Assembly (NCBI GenBank): GCA_041395625.1 | Contig: JAWLAE010000006.1 | Location: 31,706-95,705, forward strand | DNA: 64,000 bases | Origin: Steroidobacteraceae bacterium | GTDB taxonomy: Bacteria; Pseudomonadota; Gammaproteobacteria; Steroidobacterales; Steroidobacteraceae | Direction of reading: 5' to 3' | Part shown: positions 42,730-52,644 of the stretch, one piece after another | Layout of the letters: each line of letters begins with the position of its first letter | Numbering within the stretch: the stretch's first letter is position 1 | Position numbers and translations under genes: made by a program | Notes under the pieces: model-generated | Databases searched by the model: none | The model's input: the letters and a program-made list of their open reading frames with translations, nothing else | What the model was told of the DNA's origin: nothing

Positions 42730-43892
42730 GCGCGTCGCTGCAACCGGTGTATCTCGACTACGCGGCGACCACGCCGGTGGATCCACGTGTCGTCGCCGCG
42801 ATGGCCGAGTGCCTGATGCAGGACGGCGAATTCGGCAACCCGGCCTCGACCACACATGGCTTTGGGCTTGCTGCCGCGGCGCGCGTCGAGCGAGCGCGTG
42901 CTCAGGTGGCTGCGCTGATCGGAGCGGAGCCGCGCGAGATCATCTTCACATCGGGTGCCACCGAGGCTAACAACCTCGCCCTGCTGGGCGTTGCACGCGC
43001 CAATGCCGACCGTGGGCGCCATATCGTGACAGCCCGTACCGAGCACAAAGCCGTGCTCGATCCGGCGCGTCAACTGGAGCGCGAAGGCTTCGTGGTCACC
43101 TATCTCACGCCGGACAGCGATGGCCTGATCGATCCGCTCGCGCTGCGCGCGGCCTTGCGTCCCGACACCCAGCTCGTCAGCCTGATGCATGCGAACAATG
43201 AAACCGGCGTGCTGCAAGAGCTCGAGCCGCTGATCGAGGAGTGTCGCCGCGGCGGTGTGCCTTTCCATACCGACGCCTGTCAGAGCGTGGGCAAAGTGGC
43301 CTTCGATGTCCGGCTATCGCCGCTCGATTTCGCGGCCTTCAGCGGGCACAAGATCTATGGGCCGAAGGGCATCGGCGCGCTGTACGTGCGTGAAGCCGCG
43401 CGGCCGCGCATTGCACCGGTGTCGTTCGGCGGTGGTCATGAACGCGGTTTGCGCAGCGGCACGCTGGCAACGCATCAGATCGTGGGCTTCGGCCTCGCGG
43501 CCGAGCTGATCGCGAGCGACCGCGACCGCGAGCGGGAGCGCTGCACGAGTTTGCGCGAGCAGCTCTGGCGGGAGCTTGAGGCCATCGGCGCCGTCTATCG
43601 CAACGGCCATCCGACGGCGCGCTTGCCGAACCTGCTGAACGTCTCGTTCGACGGCGTAGAGGGCGAGAGCCTGGTGACGGGGCTGGAGGAAATCGCCGTT
43701 TCCACCGGCTCGGCCTGTAGCTCGGCCAGTCGTGAGGCGTCGTATGTGCTACGGGCCGTCGGGCGCAGCACACAACTGGCGCAGAGCTCGTTGCGAATCA
43801 GCTTTGGCCGGTACACGACCGCCGCGAATCTCGAGCTCGCGGCACGTGTGATCCGACGGGAAGTCGAGCGCCTGCGCGCGGTGGCGCCATGA
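42726..43892 (+). CDS. iscS: cysteine desulfurase (IscS/NifS class I)
   Basis: The GTG start overlaps the trmJ stop. YLDYAATTPVDPRV, SGHKIYGPKGIGALYV (PLP Lys) and VSTGSACSSASREASYVLRAVG (catalytic Cys loop). The protein ends roughly 15 aa earlier than I recall E. coli IscS ending. Confidence 0.9.
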   Translation: MSASLQPVYLDYAATTPVDPRVVAAMAECLMQDGEFGNPASTTHGFGLAAAARVERARAQVAALIGAEPREIIFTSGATEANNLALLGVARANADRGRHIVTARTEHKAVLDPARQLEREGFVVTYLTPDSDGLIDPLALRAALRPDTQLVSLMHANNETGVLQELEPLIEECRRGGVPFHTDACQSVGKVAFDVRLSPLDFAAFSGHKIYGPKGIGALYVREAARPRIAPVSFGGGHERGLRSGTLATHQIVGFGLAAELIASDRDRERERCTSLREQLWRELEAIGAVYRNGHPTARLPNLLNVSFDGVEGESLVTGLEEIAVSTGSACSSASREASYVLRAVGRSTQLAQSSLRISFGRYTTAANLELAARVIRREVERLRAVAP

Positions 43893-44269
43893 CCGGCACA
43901 CTGCTCGCCGCCAGCCTGTCGCCGCTGGCAGCGCGCTACTTTCGCGAGCTGCCGGGGGCGGGAGTGCTGCCGGCGGGCGCCACAGCCCATACGGGCGAGG
44001 CCGGTTCTGCGGCAGCCGGGACGCATGTGCGCTTCCATCTGCAGGCGGCTGCCGGGGTTGTGACCGCCGCACGGTTCCAGGCTTACGGCTGCCCGCATAC
44101 TTTGGCCGTGTGCGCCTGGCTCACAGAGGGACTGGTGGGGAGGGCGGCGGCGCCCGGCGGGCCACATGAGTGGGCCCAGGTGTTATCGGTGCCGATCGAG
44201 AAACTCAGTCGGCTGCTCACGGTCGAAGATGCGTTGAATGCAGCGCTATCGAGCGCTCTTTCGGAGTAA
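43889..44269 (+). CDS. IscU/NifU-N-like protein lacking two of the three canonical cluster-ligand cysteines
   Basis: ATGA overlap with iscS. It is colinear with IscU around ARFQAYGCPHTLAVCAW (IscU: ARFKTYGCGSAIAS). The APACGD and HCS cysteines are replaced (AAAGT; LSRLL). Confidence 0.6.
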   Translation: MTGTLLAASLSPLAARYFRELPGAGVLPAGATAHTGEAGSAAAGTHVRFHLQAAAGVVTAARFQAYGCPHTLAVCAWLTEGLVGRAAAPGGPHEWAQVLSVPIEKLSRLLTVEDALNAALSSALSE

Positions 44270-44278
44270 AATCGCTTT

Positions 44279-44602
44279 ATGGCCATACACTTGACCCCAT
44301 CTGCTGCAGACCGAGTCAGGCACTCGCTCGCGAGCCGTGGCACCGGACTCGGGCTGCGACTGGGTGTACGCAAGACTGGTTGTTCCGGGTTCGCTTACGT
44401 CGTCAACTTCGCCGAGGAGCGGCAGGCGACCGATGCGGTGTTCGAGGAACATGGCGTGAAGGTATTCGTCGATCCTGAGAGCCTCAAGCTGATCGAGGGC
44501 ACCACCGTCGACTTCGTCAAGCAGGGCCTCAACGAGGCTTTCCGCTTCCACAATCCCAACATCAAGGGCGAGTGCGGGTGCGGCGAGAGCTTCAACGTCT
44601 AG
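44279..44602 (+). CDS. iscA: iron-sulfur cluster insertion protein (HesB/IscA family)
   Basis: 107 aa with [15 protein letters not shown] and a C-terminal [11 protein letters not shown], the IscA/ErpA signature. Confidence 0.9.
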   Translation: MAIHLTPSAADRVRHSLASRGTGLGLRLGVRKTGCSGFAYVVNFAEERQATDAVFEEHGVKVFVDPESLKLIEGTTVDFVKQGLNEAFRFHNPNIKGECGCGESFNV

Positions 44603-44754
44603 CCTGCACAAAATCCCTTTTCTTACCGATACTTCCGCGCGTTGTTTGATTGCCGCCTAGCGGCATTCATCGGTACAATTGCGGGCTGGATCAGCGGCTG
44701 CCCTGGCAGTACCCCGCTGGCTTGCTTTTTCGTCCCCCTTGCGAGGAAATGACC

Positions 44755-45167
<413 letters not shown>

Positions 45168-45183
<16 letters not shown>

Positions 45184-46268
45184 ATCTGCTCGGCTTGCCG
45201 CAGCCTGAACTGGTCGAGTTCGTCGCCGGACTCGGCAGCAAGCCGTTTCGTGCGCGCCAGTTGATGAGCTGGCTGTACAAGCGTGGTGTCGGCGATTTTG
45301 CCGCGATGACCGATCTGGCCAAAGACTTCCGTGCGCAGCTGGCGGCGCGCGCCGAAGTGCGCGTGCCGGAGATCGTCAGGCGGCAGGACTCGGCCGATGG
45401 CACGCGCAAGTGGCTGTTGTCGGCCGACAGCTCGCAAGCCTTCGAGATGGTCTACATTCCCGAAGAGGATCGCGGCACGCTCTGCATTTCCTCACAGGTA
45501 GGCTGTGTGCTCGACTGCAGCTTCTGCGCTACTGCCCAGCAGGGCTTCAATCGCAATCTCACCGCTGGCGAGATCGTAGGCCAGGTGTGGCTGGCCAATC
45601 AGGAACTTGGCTTCGCGCCCGACGAGCAACGCATCATCACCAATATCGTCTTCATGGGCATGGGCGAACCGCTGGCGAATTTTCGCAACGTGGTGCCTGC
45701 AATCCGCCTGTTTCTCGACGACTTCGGGTTCGATATCTCGCGTCGGCGCGTCACACTGTCCACGTCGGGGCTGGTGCCGCAGATCTACAAGCTGGCGGAA
45801 GAGGTCAATTGCGCACTCGCAGTCTCGCTGCATGCCGCTAACGACCAACTGCGCAACGAGCTGGTGCCGATCAACCGCAAGCACCCGATCGCCGAGCTCC
45901 TCGAAGCGTGCTGGCACTATCTGGACGAACAGAATGGCCGCAGCGTCACGTTCGAGTATGTGATGCTGGCGGGCATCAACGACAGTGCAGCCGATGCGCG
46001 TGCGCTCGCCCTACTGCTGCGCGGCAGGCCTGCGAAGGTCAATCTGATCCCGTTCAATCCGTTTCCGGGAACGCGCTATCATCGTTCGCCGGCGCCCGTG
46101 ATACAGCAGTTTCGCGATACCCTGTTGCAGAGCGGGCTGATCGCCACGATCCGCAAAACACGCGGCCAAGACATCGATGCCGCGTGTGGTCAGCTGGCGG
46201 GACGCGTGCAGGACCGCACCACGATTCGCCTTGGAGCCAAGAGCTTCGGTCTACAGGTGCAGGCATGA
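45168..46268 (+). CDS. rlmN: 23S rRNA/tRNA (adenine-C2)-methyltransferase, radical SAM
   Basis: [13 protein letters not shown], the radical-SAM cluster motif [18 protein letters not shown] and IDAACGQL. The putative TTG start overlaps the ndk 3' end, so the start is uncertain. Confidence 0.9.
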
Positions 46269-47050
46269 AGCGCAAGCCATCTCACCGACTGGTCCAGGCA
46301 TCGATCGTCGGAGTCGCGACGCTGTTGCTGACGGCCTGTGTCAGCGGCTCCGCGCAGCGACCTGAATCGAGTAATGCCGAGAATGCCGCCGAGTTCAATA
46401 TTCAGCTCGGCATCGCCTATCTGCAGCAGGGCAATCTGACGCTGGCGCAGGACAAGCTCGAGCGCGCGCTGGCGCAGAATCCGCGGGACGCGAACGTGCA
46501 CACGGCGCTCGGGCTGCTGAACGATCGGCTGGACAAGCCGCGCGAGGCGGACGATCACTACCGTACGGCGCTGCGGCTGGCACCGCGCGACCCTGACGTG
46601 CTCAACAACTACGCTGTATACCTCTGCAAGCGCGGTCGCCATGAAGAAGGCGTCAAGCGCTTCGAAGAAGTGGCTAACAACCGGCTGTATCGTGCGCCGG
46701 AGGCCGCTTACACCAATGCGGGCGTGTGTTACCAGGCTGCGCAGCGGTTCTCCGAGGCTGAGCGGCTCTACCGGCGCGCGCTCGCCGTGCGCCCGAACTA
46801 CGCCGAGGCGACGCTGCAGCTCGGTAATCTGATGCTCCAGCTCGGACGACCTGCGGATGCCAAGGTGCAGGTGGACGGCTATCTCGCCAGCTTCTCGCCG
46901 ACGGCTGATCTGCTTTTGTTGGGCGTGCGCGCCGCACGCGCCACCGGGGACGTGCGCGCCGAGGAGCGTTTCTCGCGCCGCCTCAAGGTCGATTTCCCGG
47001 ATTCGCCGCAGACGCGGGCGCTCGCAACACTGCCGCGCAGCACCAGCTGA
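46265..47050 (+). CDS. pilF: type IV pilus biogenesis/stability TPR lipoprotein PilF (PilW)
   Basis: Lipobox LLLTAC and TPR repeats ([34 protein letters not shown]...). The position between rlmN and rodZ is the conserved arrangement. Confidence 0.8.
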   Translation: MKRKPSHRLVQASIVGVATLLLTACVSGSAQRPESSNAENAAEFNIQLGIAYLQQGNLTLAQDKLERALAQNPRDANVHTALGLLNDRLDKPREADDHYRTALRLAPRDPDVLNNYAVYLCKRGRHEEGVKRFEEVANNRLYRAPEAAYTNAGVCYQAAQRFSEAERLYRRALAVRPNYAEATLQLGNLMLQLGRPADAKVQVDGYLASFSPTADLLLLGVRAARATGDVRAEERFSRRLKVDFPDSPQTRALATLPRSTS

Positions 47051-47069
47051 GCGCGAGCGGGACACGACG

Positions 47070-47972
47070 ATGAGTGACAGCGTGCCAGCAGACACGTCGC
47101 CAACGATCGGCCAGCGCCTCGCGGCTGCGCGTGAGCGCCTAGGGCACTCGGTGGTCGCAGCGGCGGACAAGACTCGCCTCGATCCGGCCGTGATCGCCGG
47201 CTTGGAGGCCGATCGCTTCGAGACCCTCGGGCCGCCGGTCTACGTGCGCGGCCATCTGCGCATGTATGCGGAATTCCTCGAGCTGCCGACGGCGGAGTTG
47301 TTAGCAGACTACCAGCAATTGTCGAGCGCCGGCGCGCGGCCCGATCTCACGCGGATCGCCAAGGCGGAACGACAGACCGATCCGCGCAAGTGGCTCGGGC
47401 CAGTGCTGGCCGCGTTGCTGGCCGTGGTGCTCGCGGCTGTCGCCTGGTGGGTATTGCGCAAGCCGGTGGCAGCGCCGGCGGCCGTTGACATGTCGGCGCC
47501 TGTCGTTGCACCAGATATCGGCGTGCCGCTCGAGCAGTTGAACCAGCGCGCGACTGGCAGCGAAGGCCCCGGCAGCGCTGCGGTCGAGCCGGCGCCCGCG
47601 CCACCTGACCCGGTTGTTACGCCTGCTGAGCCAAGTACGTCGGGCACGTCCAATTCGACCGCGAACGCGCCACGCACTGCGCCGCCCGTCGCCGCGCCGG
47701 CGCGCACTACCGAGCTGCGGCTCAGTCTGTCGGCTGACAGTTGGGTCGAGGTCTATGATGCCGGCGGTCGGCGTCTCTACCACGACGTGGCAACCGCGGG
47801 TTCTGTGCAGTCATTTCGCGGTCCCGGTCCGATGCGCATCGTACTGGGCAATGCCGACGCGGCATCATTGGCGGTTGACGGCCGCCCGATCGATATTCCC
47901 GCCGAGCTGCGGCGCGGCAAGCTGGCACGCCTCATGGTCAATCCGTCCGGCACCGTAACCCGCGCGCGCTGA
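47070..47972 (+). CDS. rodZ: RodZ-like cytoskeleton protein (HTH + TM + C-terminal DUF4115-like domain)
   Basis: N-terminal XRE-type HTH (IGQRLAAARERLGHSV...), PVYVRGHLRMYAEFL, a TM segment (WLGPVLAALLAVVLAAVAWWVL), a Pro/Ala-rich linker and a C-terminal SWVEVYDAGG...MRIVLGNA. Confidence 0.8.
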   Translation: MSDSVPADTSPTIGQRLAAARERLGHSVVAAADKTRLDPAVIAGLEADRFETLGPPVYVRGHLRMYAEFLELPTAELLADYQQLSSAGARPDLTRIAKAERQTDPRKWLGPVLAALLAVVLAAVAWWVLRKPVAAPAAVDMSAPVVAPDIGVPLEQLNQRATGSEGPGSAAVEPAPAPPDPVVTPAEPSTSGTSNSTANAPRTAPPVAAPARTTELRLSLSADSWVEVYDAGGRRLYHDVATAGSVQSFRGPGPMRIVLGNADAASLAVDGRPIDIPAELRRGKLARLMVNPSGTVTRAR

Positions 47973-47986
47973 TTCGGCGGCAATGT

Positions 47987-49261
47987 ATGACTAATCAGAT
48001 CCAGCCGGTGCGCGGCATGAACGATGTGCTGACCGATCAAATCGCGGTCTGGCAATTCGTCGAGCAGACCGCCGCGGACCTGCTGACCTCCTACGGCTAT
48101 GAAGAAATGCGCGTGCCGGTGGTGGAGCACACGCAGTTGTTCAAACGCGCGATCGGCGAGTTCACCGATGTCGTCGAGAAAGAGATGTATACGTTCACCG
48201 ATCTCGGTGGCGACAGTCTGACGTTACGGCCCGAGGCGACCGCGGGCATGGTGCGGGCTGCGATTTCCAATGGTCTGCTGCGCGGTGCGCGCCTCAAAGT
48301 ATGGTGTGTCGGACCGATGTTCCGCCACGAGAAGCCGCAGAAAGGCCGCTACCGCCAGTTCCATCAGGTCGACGTCGAAGCTATCGGTTTTCCCGGCCCC
48401 GACGTCGACATCGAGCTGATCGCGCTCACTGCGCGGCTCTGGCGCCGCCTCGGCGTCGCGCGCGTCAAGCTGCAGATCAATTCGCTCGGTACGGCCGAGT
48501 CGCGCCGGCAGTATCGCGAGCTGCTGCAAGCCTATTTTCGTGGCCATCTCGCAGTGCTGGATGCCGATAGCCAACGCCGGCTGGATGGCAATCCGTTGCG
48601 CATTCTCGACAGCAAGAATCCAGAGATGCAGGCAGTCATAGCCGGCGCGCCACTGCTGACCGAACACCTGGACGCCGAGTCGGCGGCACATTTCGTCGCG
48701 CTGCGTGCTGGCCTCGACGCCTTGTCGATCCCCTACACAATCAATCCGCGTTTGGTGCGCGGCCTCGACTACTATTCACGTACGGTTTTCGAATGGACCA
48801 CCGATGCACTGGGTTCGCAGGATGCGGTGTGCTCCGGGGGGCGCTATGACGGGCTGATCAATCAGCTCGGCGGGGACGCGACGCCGGCTATCGGTTTTGC
48901 GATGGGCGTCGAGCGCGTGGTCGAGCTGGTGCGCCTGGCGGGCGCCGCGCCTGCTGGCAGGCCGCCGGACGTGTACGTGATCGCGCAGGGCGATGCCGCA
49001 ACACGCGCCGCGCTGGTGGCCGCCGAGCAGCTGCGCAGTGCCTTGCCACAGCGCTCGGTGCACGTGAATCTGGGCGGTGGCAATTTCAAGGCGCAGTTCC
49101 GCCGCGCCGACAAGAGTGGTGCGGCATTCGCGTTGATCATCGGCGATGATGAGATTGCGCGCGGAGTCGCCGCCTGGAAACCGCTCCGCGGCGACGGCGC
49201 CCAGTTGGATATGTCCTTGGCAGAGCTGCCGGCGCAAGTGCGGGCGGCGCTGACGAATTGA
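47987..49261 (+). CDS. hisS: histidine--tRNA ligase
   Basis: 424 aa with PVRGMNDVL, LTLRPEATAGMVRA, FRHEKPQKGRYRQFHQ and GGRYDGL, the class IIa HisRS motifs. Confidence 0.95.
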   Translation: MTNQIQPVRGMNDVLTDQIAVWQFVEQTAADLLTSYGYEEMRVPVVEHTQLFKRAIGEFTDVVEKEMYTFTDLGGDSLTLRPEATAGMVRAAISNGLLRGARLKVWCVGPMFRHEKPQKGRYRQFHQVDVEAIGFPGPDVDIELIALTARLWRRLGVARVKLQINSLGTAESRRQYRELLQAYFRGHLAVLDADSQRRLDGNPLRILDSKNPEMQAVIAGAPLLTEHLDAESAAHFVALRAGLDALSIPYTINPRLVRGLDYYSRTVFEWTTDALGSQDAVCSGGRYDGLINQLGGDATPAIGFAMGVERVVELVRLAGAAPAGRPPDVYVIAQGDAATRAALVAAEQLRSALPQRSVHVNLGGGNFKAQFRRADKSGAAFALIIGDDEIARGVAAWKPLRGDGAQLDMSLAELPAQVRAALTN

Positions 49262-49274
49262 AAGAGAGGCAGAT

Positions 49275-49958
49275 GTGAGCGATTTAGACGATCAGGAACA
49301 ATGGGAAGCCGTCAAAGCCTGGCTGCGACAGAATCTGCCGTGGATCCTGGCCGGTGTGGCCATCGGCATCGGCGGCCTCATTGGCTGGCGGAGCTGGGAG
49401 GCGCGCCAGGTGCGTCTGGCCGAAGAAGCCGGTACCCGCTTCGAGCAGGCGGTCGACGCGTTCAATCGCGCCGACCGTACGCGCGCCTTTACGCTGGTCG
49501 ACGAATTGACGCGTGATTACGCCAATACGCCGTACGCGGATCTGGCTGTGCTGGTCGCAGCCCGGTCGCATGTCGAATCGAATGAACTAGACAAGGCGGT
49601 CGAGCGTCTCACTGCAGTGATGAACAATTCCAAGGATCCCGAACTGCGGCTCGTGGCTCGCCTCCGACTGGCCCGTGTGCAATCTGCGCTGGGCAAGCAC
49701 GATGAAGCGCTCACCACGTTGGCAGCGGGCCAGCCCGGCAAGTTCGAGCCGCGCTATGCGGAAGCGCGCGGGGATATCCTGTTTGCAAAAGGGGATCCAA
49801 GCGGGGCGCTCAAGGCCTATCAGGAAGCCCGTCGTACCGGTGACGAGGCCGTCGTCGATCTGGAACTGCTCGATCTCAAGATTCGCGACCTGGGTGGCAG
49901 CCCGACGGTCGCGCAGCAGCCTGCGCCGGCCGAATCCGCCGCTGCACCCGCGCCGTGA
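49275..49958 (+). CDS. yfgM: YfgM-family (TPR-like) ancillary SecYEG subunit
   Basis: GTG start. N-terminal EQWEAVKAWLRQN followed by a single TM segment, then a TPR-like periplasmic domain. It sits between hisS and bamB as in other gammaproteobacteria. Confidence 0.8.
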   Translation: MSDLDDQEQWEAVKAWLRQNLPWILAGVAIGIGGLIGWRSWEARQVRLAEEAGTRFEQAVDAFNRADRTRAFTLVDELTRDYANTPYADLAVLVAARSHVESNELDKAVERLTAVMNNSKDPELRLVARLRLARVQSALGKHDEALTTLAAGQPGKFEPRYAEARGDILFAKGDPSGALKAYQEARRTGDEAVVDLELLDLKIRDLGGSPTVAQQPAPAESAAAPAP

Positions 49959-49984
49959 AGCGCTCGTTAATGAGGCATTGGTCG

Positions 49985-51133
49985 ATGAACAAACTGACGG
50001 CGCTCGCTGCGCTCATGTTGTTAGCAGCCTGTTCCAAGGAGAAGCCGGTCGATCTGCCATCCGAACTGGTGGATTTCGGCCAGTCGGCCAAGGTCACGCG
50101 GCTGTGGAGCGCCAGTGTTGGCGGCAGCGACGAAGTTCTGCGCCTGGGGCTGGGAATCGCGGTGCAGGGTGAGCGGCTCTATGCCGCGGGCCACAGCGGC
50201 GAAGTCGCGGCCTTCGAGCTCGCGACCGGTCGTTCGGTCTGGCGGACGCGCACCAAAGCGGATCTGGCTGGCGCGACCGGTGCCAATGCCGATCTGGTCG
50301 TGGTCGGCTCCAGCGAGGGCGAAGTCATCGCACTGGCCGCTGCCGACGGCGCCATTCGCTGGCGCACGAAAGTGCGCGGCGAGATTCTGGCGGCACCGGC
50401 TGTGGGAGCCGAGACAGTCGTGGTGCGCACGGTTGACGGTCGCCTGCGTGGCCTCTCGGCCAGCGACGGTGCTCAGATCTGGGAGACTGAAGAGCAGGTT
50501 CCGCGCCTGTCACTGCGCGGCACGGCACCGCCGACGCTCGCCAGAGACCTCGTGATCGCGGGATTCGACAACGGCAAGGTGCTCGCGGTGGGTCTCGCGG
50601 ATGGCGACACGATCTGGGAAACGCCGGTCAGCGCGCCGACCGGCCGCACCGAACTGGAGCGGCTGGTCGATATCGACGCCGCCGCGAAGGTGGCAGACGA
50701 CGACGTATTCGTCGCCGGCTTTCAGGGTCGGGCAGCGATGCTGGCGCTCGACTCGGGGCAGATCTGGTGGACGCGGGATGTGTCCAGCTATCGTGGTGTC
50801 GATATAGATGACAATGCGATGTACGTCGCGGCTGCCAACGGCGAGCTGTTGGCGCTGCAGCGGCGCACGGGTGTCGAGCTCTGGCGCCAGGATATGCTGA
50901 AGTTCCGGCGCCTCTCCGCGCCAGTCGTCGTAGGCGAATTCGTCGCGGTTGCCGATCTCGACGGTTACATGCATTGGTTCGACCGGGCGACCGGGGCGCC
51001 CGCCGCACGCATCGGCGGCATTGGCGGTCGAGTGTCGACGCCGCCGGTCGCGGTCGACGGCGTCGTCTATGTCATTTCGGACAATGGTCGTATCAGCGCG
51101 CTGCGCGCCACACGCAACGCAGCCGCAAACTAA
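49985..51133 (+). CDS. bamB: outer-membrane protein assembly factor BamB
   Basis: Lipobox LMLLAACS and repeated PQQ-like beta-propeller blades (GEVIALAAADGAIRW, VRTVDGRLRGLSASDGAQIW, ANGELLALQRRTGVELW). The ORF could also start at 49955. Confidence 0.9.
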   Translation: MNKLTALAALMLLAACSKEKPVDLPSELVDFGQSAKVTRLWSASVGGSDEVLRLGLGIAVQGERLYAAGHSGEVAAFELATGRSVWRTRTKADLAGATGANADLVVVGSSEGEVIALAAADGAIRWRTKVRGEILAAPAVGAETVVVRTVDGRLRGLSASDGAQIWETEEQVPRLSLRGTAPPTLARDLVIAGFDNGKVLAVGLADGDTIWETPVSAPTGRTELERLVDIDAAAKVADDDVFVAGFQGRAAMLALDSGQIWWTRDVSSYRGVDIDDNAMYVAAANGELLALQRRTGVELWRQDMLKFRRLSAPVVVGEFVAVADLDGYMHWFDRATGAPAARIGGIGGRVSTPPVAVDGVVYVISDNGRISALRATRNAAAN

Positions 51134-51168
51134 CGACTCGCGCTGCCGCGAGTCATGAGGGGAACAGC

Positions 51169-52578
51169 ATGCTGCCGGTCGTAGCCCTCGTCGGGCGGCC
51201 GAACGTCGGCAAATCCACGCTTTTCAATACGCTCACGGGCACTCAGGACGCGATCGTCGCCGACGTGCCGGGCGTCACGCGCGACCGGCAATATGGCTAT
51301 GGCAAGCTCGGCCCGGTGCCCTATGTCGTGATCGATACGGGCGGACTCGTGGAGCAGCCGTCGGGTATGGATGCGCTGATGCGCATTCAAACCGAGCGCG
51401 CTGTAGCAGAGGCCGACCGGGTCGTTTTCATCACCGATGCCCGCGCCGGCGTGACGCCGCAGGATCATGTTTTCGCGCGCGAATTGCGTAAGTCGGGCAA
51501 GCCCGTGCTGCTCGCGGTCAACAAAGCCGAGGGCATGGATGTTGCCATCGCTGGCGCCGACTTCTACTCACTGGGCCTGGGCGATCCATGGGGAATCTCG
51601 GCGACGCGCGGCCAGGGCTGTCTGAAGTTAATGGACACGGTGTTGGCGGGCTTTGATCCCCCGCCGGCGAGCGAACCCGAAGAAGATGGTGCCATCCGCA
51701 TCGCTATTATTGGACGCCCGAACGTGGGCAAGTCGACGCTGGTGAATCGCTTGTTGGGCGAGGAGCGTGTCATCGCGAGTGAGCTGCCCGGTACGACCCG
51801 CGACAGTATCCTCGTGCCGTTCAAGCGTGATGAGCGTGATTTTCTGTTGATCGACACGGCGGGTGTGCGCCGCCGTGCCAAAGTCGAAGACGAGGTCGAA
51901 CTCGCGAGTGTCGCCGCGACGCTGCAGGCGATCGACTATGCGCACGTCGTTGTGCTGGTGGTCGACGCGCATGACGCCATCGGTGTGCAGGATGCCAGCG
52001 TGCTCGGGCTGGCGCTGCAGCGGGGCCGCGCGCTGATCATTGCGGTCAATAAATGGGATCACATCGAAGCCGAGCAGCGCGAGGAGATCCGCCGACAGCT
52101 GGAACTGAAGCTCGACTTCGTGCCGTATTCGCCGGTGTTCTTCATCTCCGCTCTGCATGGCACGGCAGTCGGCGATCTGATGGTGGCCGTGGTGCGAGCC
52201 TACGAAGGGGCCATGCGCCAGATCCCGACGCCGCAATTGACACGTGCACTCGAGGCGGCGGTGACGCGCAACGCACCGCCAATCGTACGCGGCCGGCGCA
52301 TCAAGCTGCGCTATGCGCACCAGGGCGGCCGCAACCCGCCGCGCATTGTCGTGCATGGCAGCCAGGCCGGCTCGGTACCCGAGGCCTACAAGCGCTATCT
52401 CGCGAACCTGTTCCGCGAACAGTTCGATTTGTATGCGACGCCCGTAGCCGTGGAATTCCGCAGCGACGCCAATCCGTTCCTGCGCGACAAGCCCAAGGAG
52501 AAACGCGGTACGCGCACCTTCAACATGGAACGGCGCGAACGCCGCATCAAGAAGACCCGCGAGAGCCGCGACAAATAA
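51169..52578 (+). CDS. der: ribosome-associated GTPase Der/EngA
   Basis: Two tandem G domains (VALVGRPNVGKSTLFN; IAIIGRPNVGKSTLVN) plus a KH-like C-terminus with a basic tail. Confidence 0.95.
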   Translation: MLPVVALVGRPNVGKSTLFNTLTGTQDAIVADVPGVTRDRQYGYGKLGPVPYVVIDTGGLVEQPSGMDALMRIQTERAVAEADRVVFITDARAGVTPQDHVFARELRKSGKPVLLAVNKAEGMDVAIAGADFYSLGLGDPWGISATRGQGCLKLMDTVLAGFDPPPASEPEEDGAIRIAIIGRPNVGKSTLVNRLLGEERVIASELPGTTRDSILVPFKRDERDFLLIDTAGVRRRAKVEDEVELASVAATLQAIDYAHVVVLVVDAHDAIGVQDASVLGLALQRGRALIIAVNKWDHIEAEQREEIRRQLELKLDFVPYSPVFFISALHGTAVGDLMVAVVRAYEGAMRQIPTPQLTRALEAAVTRNAPPIVRGRRIKLRYAHQGGRNPPRIVVHGSQAGSVPEAYKRYLANLFREQFDLYATPVAVEFRSDANPFLRDKPKEKRGTRTFNMERRERRIKKTRESRDK

Positions 52579-52644
52579 GCCGACACCCGGCGTTATGCTC
52601 AGTCGCGCGGCACGGTGCGGCCAATCCGCGTAAAGTTTGGTCCC

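Noticed and set aside
41926-42855. N-terminal 310-codon extension of the suhB track ORF (577 aa in total)
   Set aside because: Only the last 267 codons match inositol monophosphatase. The extension is antisense to trmJ and the iscS 5' end and looks like off-frame translation.
44603-44754. sigma-70 promoter upstream of ndk (TTGATT ... TACAAT)
   Set aside because: The two hexamers are about 22 nt apart, which is too far for a canonical promoter, so it is not reported as a feature.
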